Shown here piece by piece: positions 62,572 to 64,000 of a DNA stretch of 64,000 bases. Every line of letters starts with the position of its first letter. The stretch's first letter is position 1. The DNA comes from Octopus vulgaris (lineage: Eukaryota). The notes under the pieces were generated by a model. It saw only the letters and a program-made list of their open reading frames with translations, did no database searches and was not told the DNA's origin. A program made the translations under genes and the position numbers. The stretch covers positions 23,374,001 through 23,438,000 of the forward strand of contig OX597826.1 in assembly GCA_951406725.2 (NCBI GenBank), written 5' to 3'.

Positions 62572-64000
62572 TTTCTTCTCGAGCGGACGGATGTGTCTCC
62601 AGAAGCTGCATAAGTTTTGTACCATTTCTGTTGGAAATTTGTTTAAAAGTGTAAATATTTTTGGACTAACTTCTTGCGGAGCTAGTTGGCTAGGCAAAAT
62701 TTTACCCCATTGGGGGTAAAATTTTCGTTTGAAATATTGACTTTTTAAAATTACATTCACATACATATTGAAAAAATGTCGTTAAAAAGAACAGTTGGCT
62801 GTTCCCTTCTTGGAACACCACCACCTCCACAAGAAAAAATTGATTTGAACATTTCTCCAAACCGCCCATTTCATGCCTTAAAAGGCAAACAAAATTTTTC
62901 AAGGGAACGTGTCATTCCAAAAAATGAAAATGAAAACGTTCCAAAAAATGAAAATGAAAACGAAGGCGTCACTTTTGACGTCATCGAAGATTTCCCTCCT
63001 CTTCCCTCCACCAATACTCCGGTACCAGAAAAAGAGGGAAGAAAGAGCGTTCCAAAGAGAAACGACAACGATGGCATCACCTTTGACGTCAACGAAGATT
63101 TTCCTTCTCTTCCCTCCACCAGTGCGCCAGCACCGAAAAAGGAAGGAAGAAAGGACATTGACACAATAAACACCAGCACAAAAACAATGGAAACCCATCG
63201 TAACAATTTCGCCTTAGCTACAAAGCAGATCTCTGAGGAAATAAAAGTTACGATGGAGGAGATTAAAAATTCAAAGGTTTTGTTGAGAAAAGAGGGAAAT
63301 AGTGTTTTCTTAAACACTCCCCAAGAACTCAATAAAGAAACACAAAAAAAGACAATAATTTACAAAATTTTCGAAACAAAACAAAAAAAACTCACAAATG
63401 CCACACCTCAGCAACTCAAAATAGCTCTAAAGCCCATATGGGGGCAAAAGAACTATGTGACAAAAGGCAAGCGGTATGGAACCGTGGGGGTGAGATTCCA
63501 AACAGAGGAAGAGGCAAGGAAGAATGCCATTTCGCCCTTGCAAACGGACGGTTTGTTACTCGTGCCAACGTATCTCGGGCAAAGAGTAATAAAAACCCGC
63601 ATCGACCTTGCCCCCCACTGAACTAAATATTCCTTGGCTAGTGGCAGCTGTCCTCTATGACATAGAGGACAACACCACTATTCTCCAAGTCCACAGGCAT
63701 AGAGAAAAAATCTGGTCAGGTATGGGAGTTCAACTGCTGGTACAAATCCAGCAGGAAAACATTAATGCCATACCTGACTCGGTAAATTTGCCGGACGGAA
63801 CCAGGCTGCACGTTGCTGTGGAGGGGCGAAAGCCAAAATGTTACCTCTGCAGCAGCGAAAGCCACCTAAAAAGGGACTGCCCCATTCACAAAAAAAGAAT
63901 GGAGGCAGCCGGCAAGAAGCAGCAACAACAACAACAACAACAGCAAGAAACGCCAAAGGCTGCCACACCACCAACACCATCACCACCACCAAGACGAACG
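62572..64000 (+). mobile_element. L1/Tx1-like LINE 5' end, ORF1 (gag-like); runs off the window
   Basis: ORF from 62776 with a +1 shift in the C6 run near 63611, continuing to VEGRKPKCYLCSSESHLKRDCP (CCHC knuckle). Confidence 0.7.

Overview
AT-rich, repeat-dense animal DNA, most likely an octopus (inferred from the dominant tRNA-derived SINE and RTE-tail repeat families; not verified by search). It holds two complete spliced genes in tandem on the minus strand: NDUFB7 (3 exons, 50739->44609, 128 aa) and ASNSD1 (13 coding exons, 38058->5809, 695 aa). All introns are GT-AG and the phases were checked by hand. The rest is mostly mobile DNA: SINEs, RTE-like fragments, Helitrons, MITEs, solo LTRs and a nested cluster upstream of NDUFB7 (a mariner relic holding a Gypsy element and probably a CR1-like LINE; the Gypsy holds a Merlin-like foldback and a solo LTR). 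Main leads: an intronic tRNA-Arg gene whose anticodon reads TCA (candidate UGA suppressor), a duplicated ASNSD1 'MCGICC' start exon 2 kb upstream, no visible ASDURF uORF, a Ser->Ala change in the ASNSD1 PP-loop, and Penelope-type minimal hammerhead motifs.
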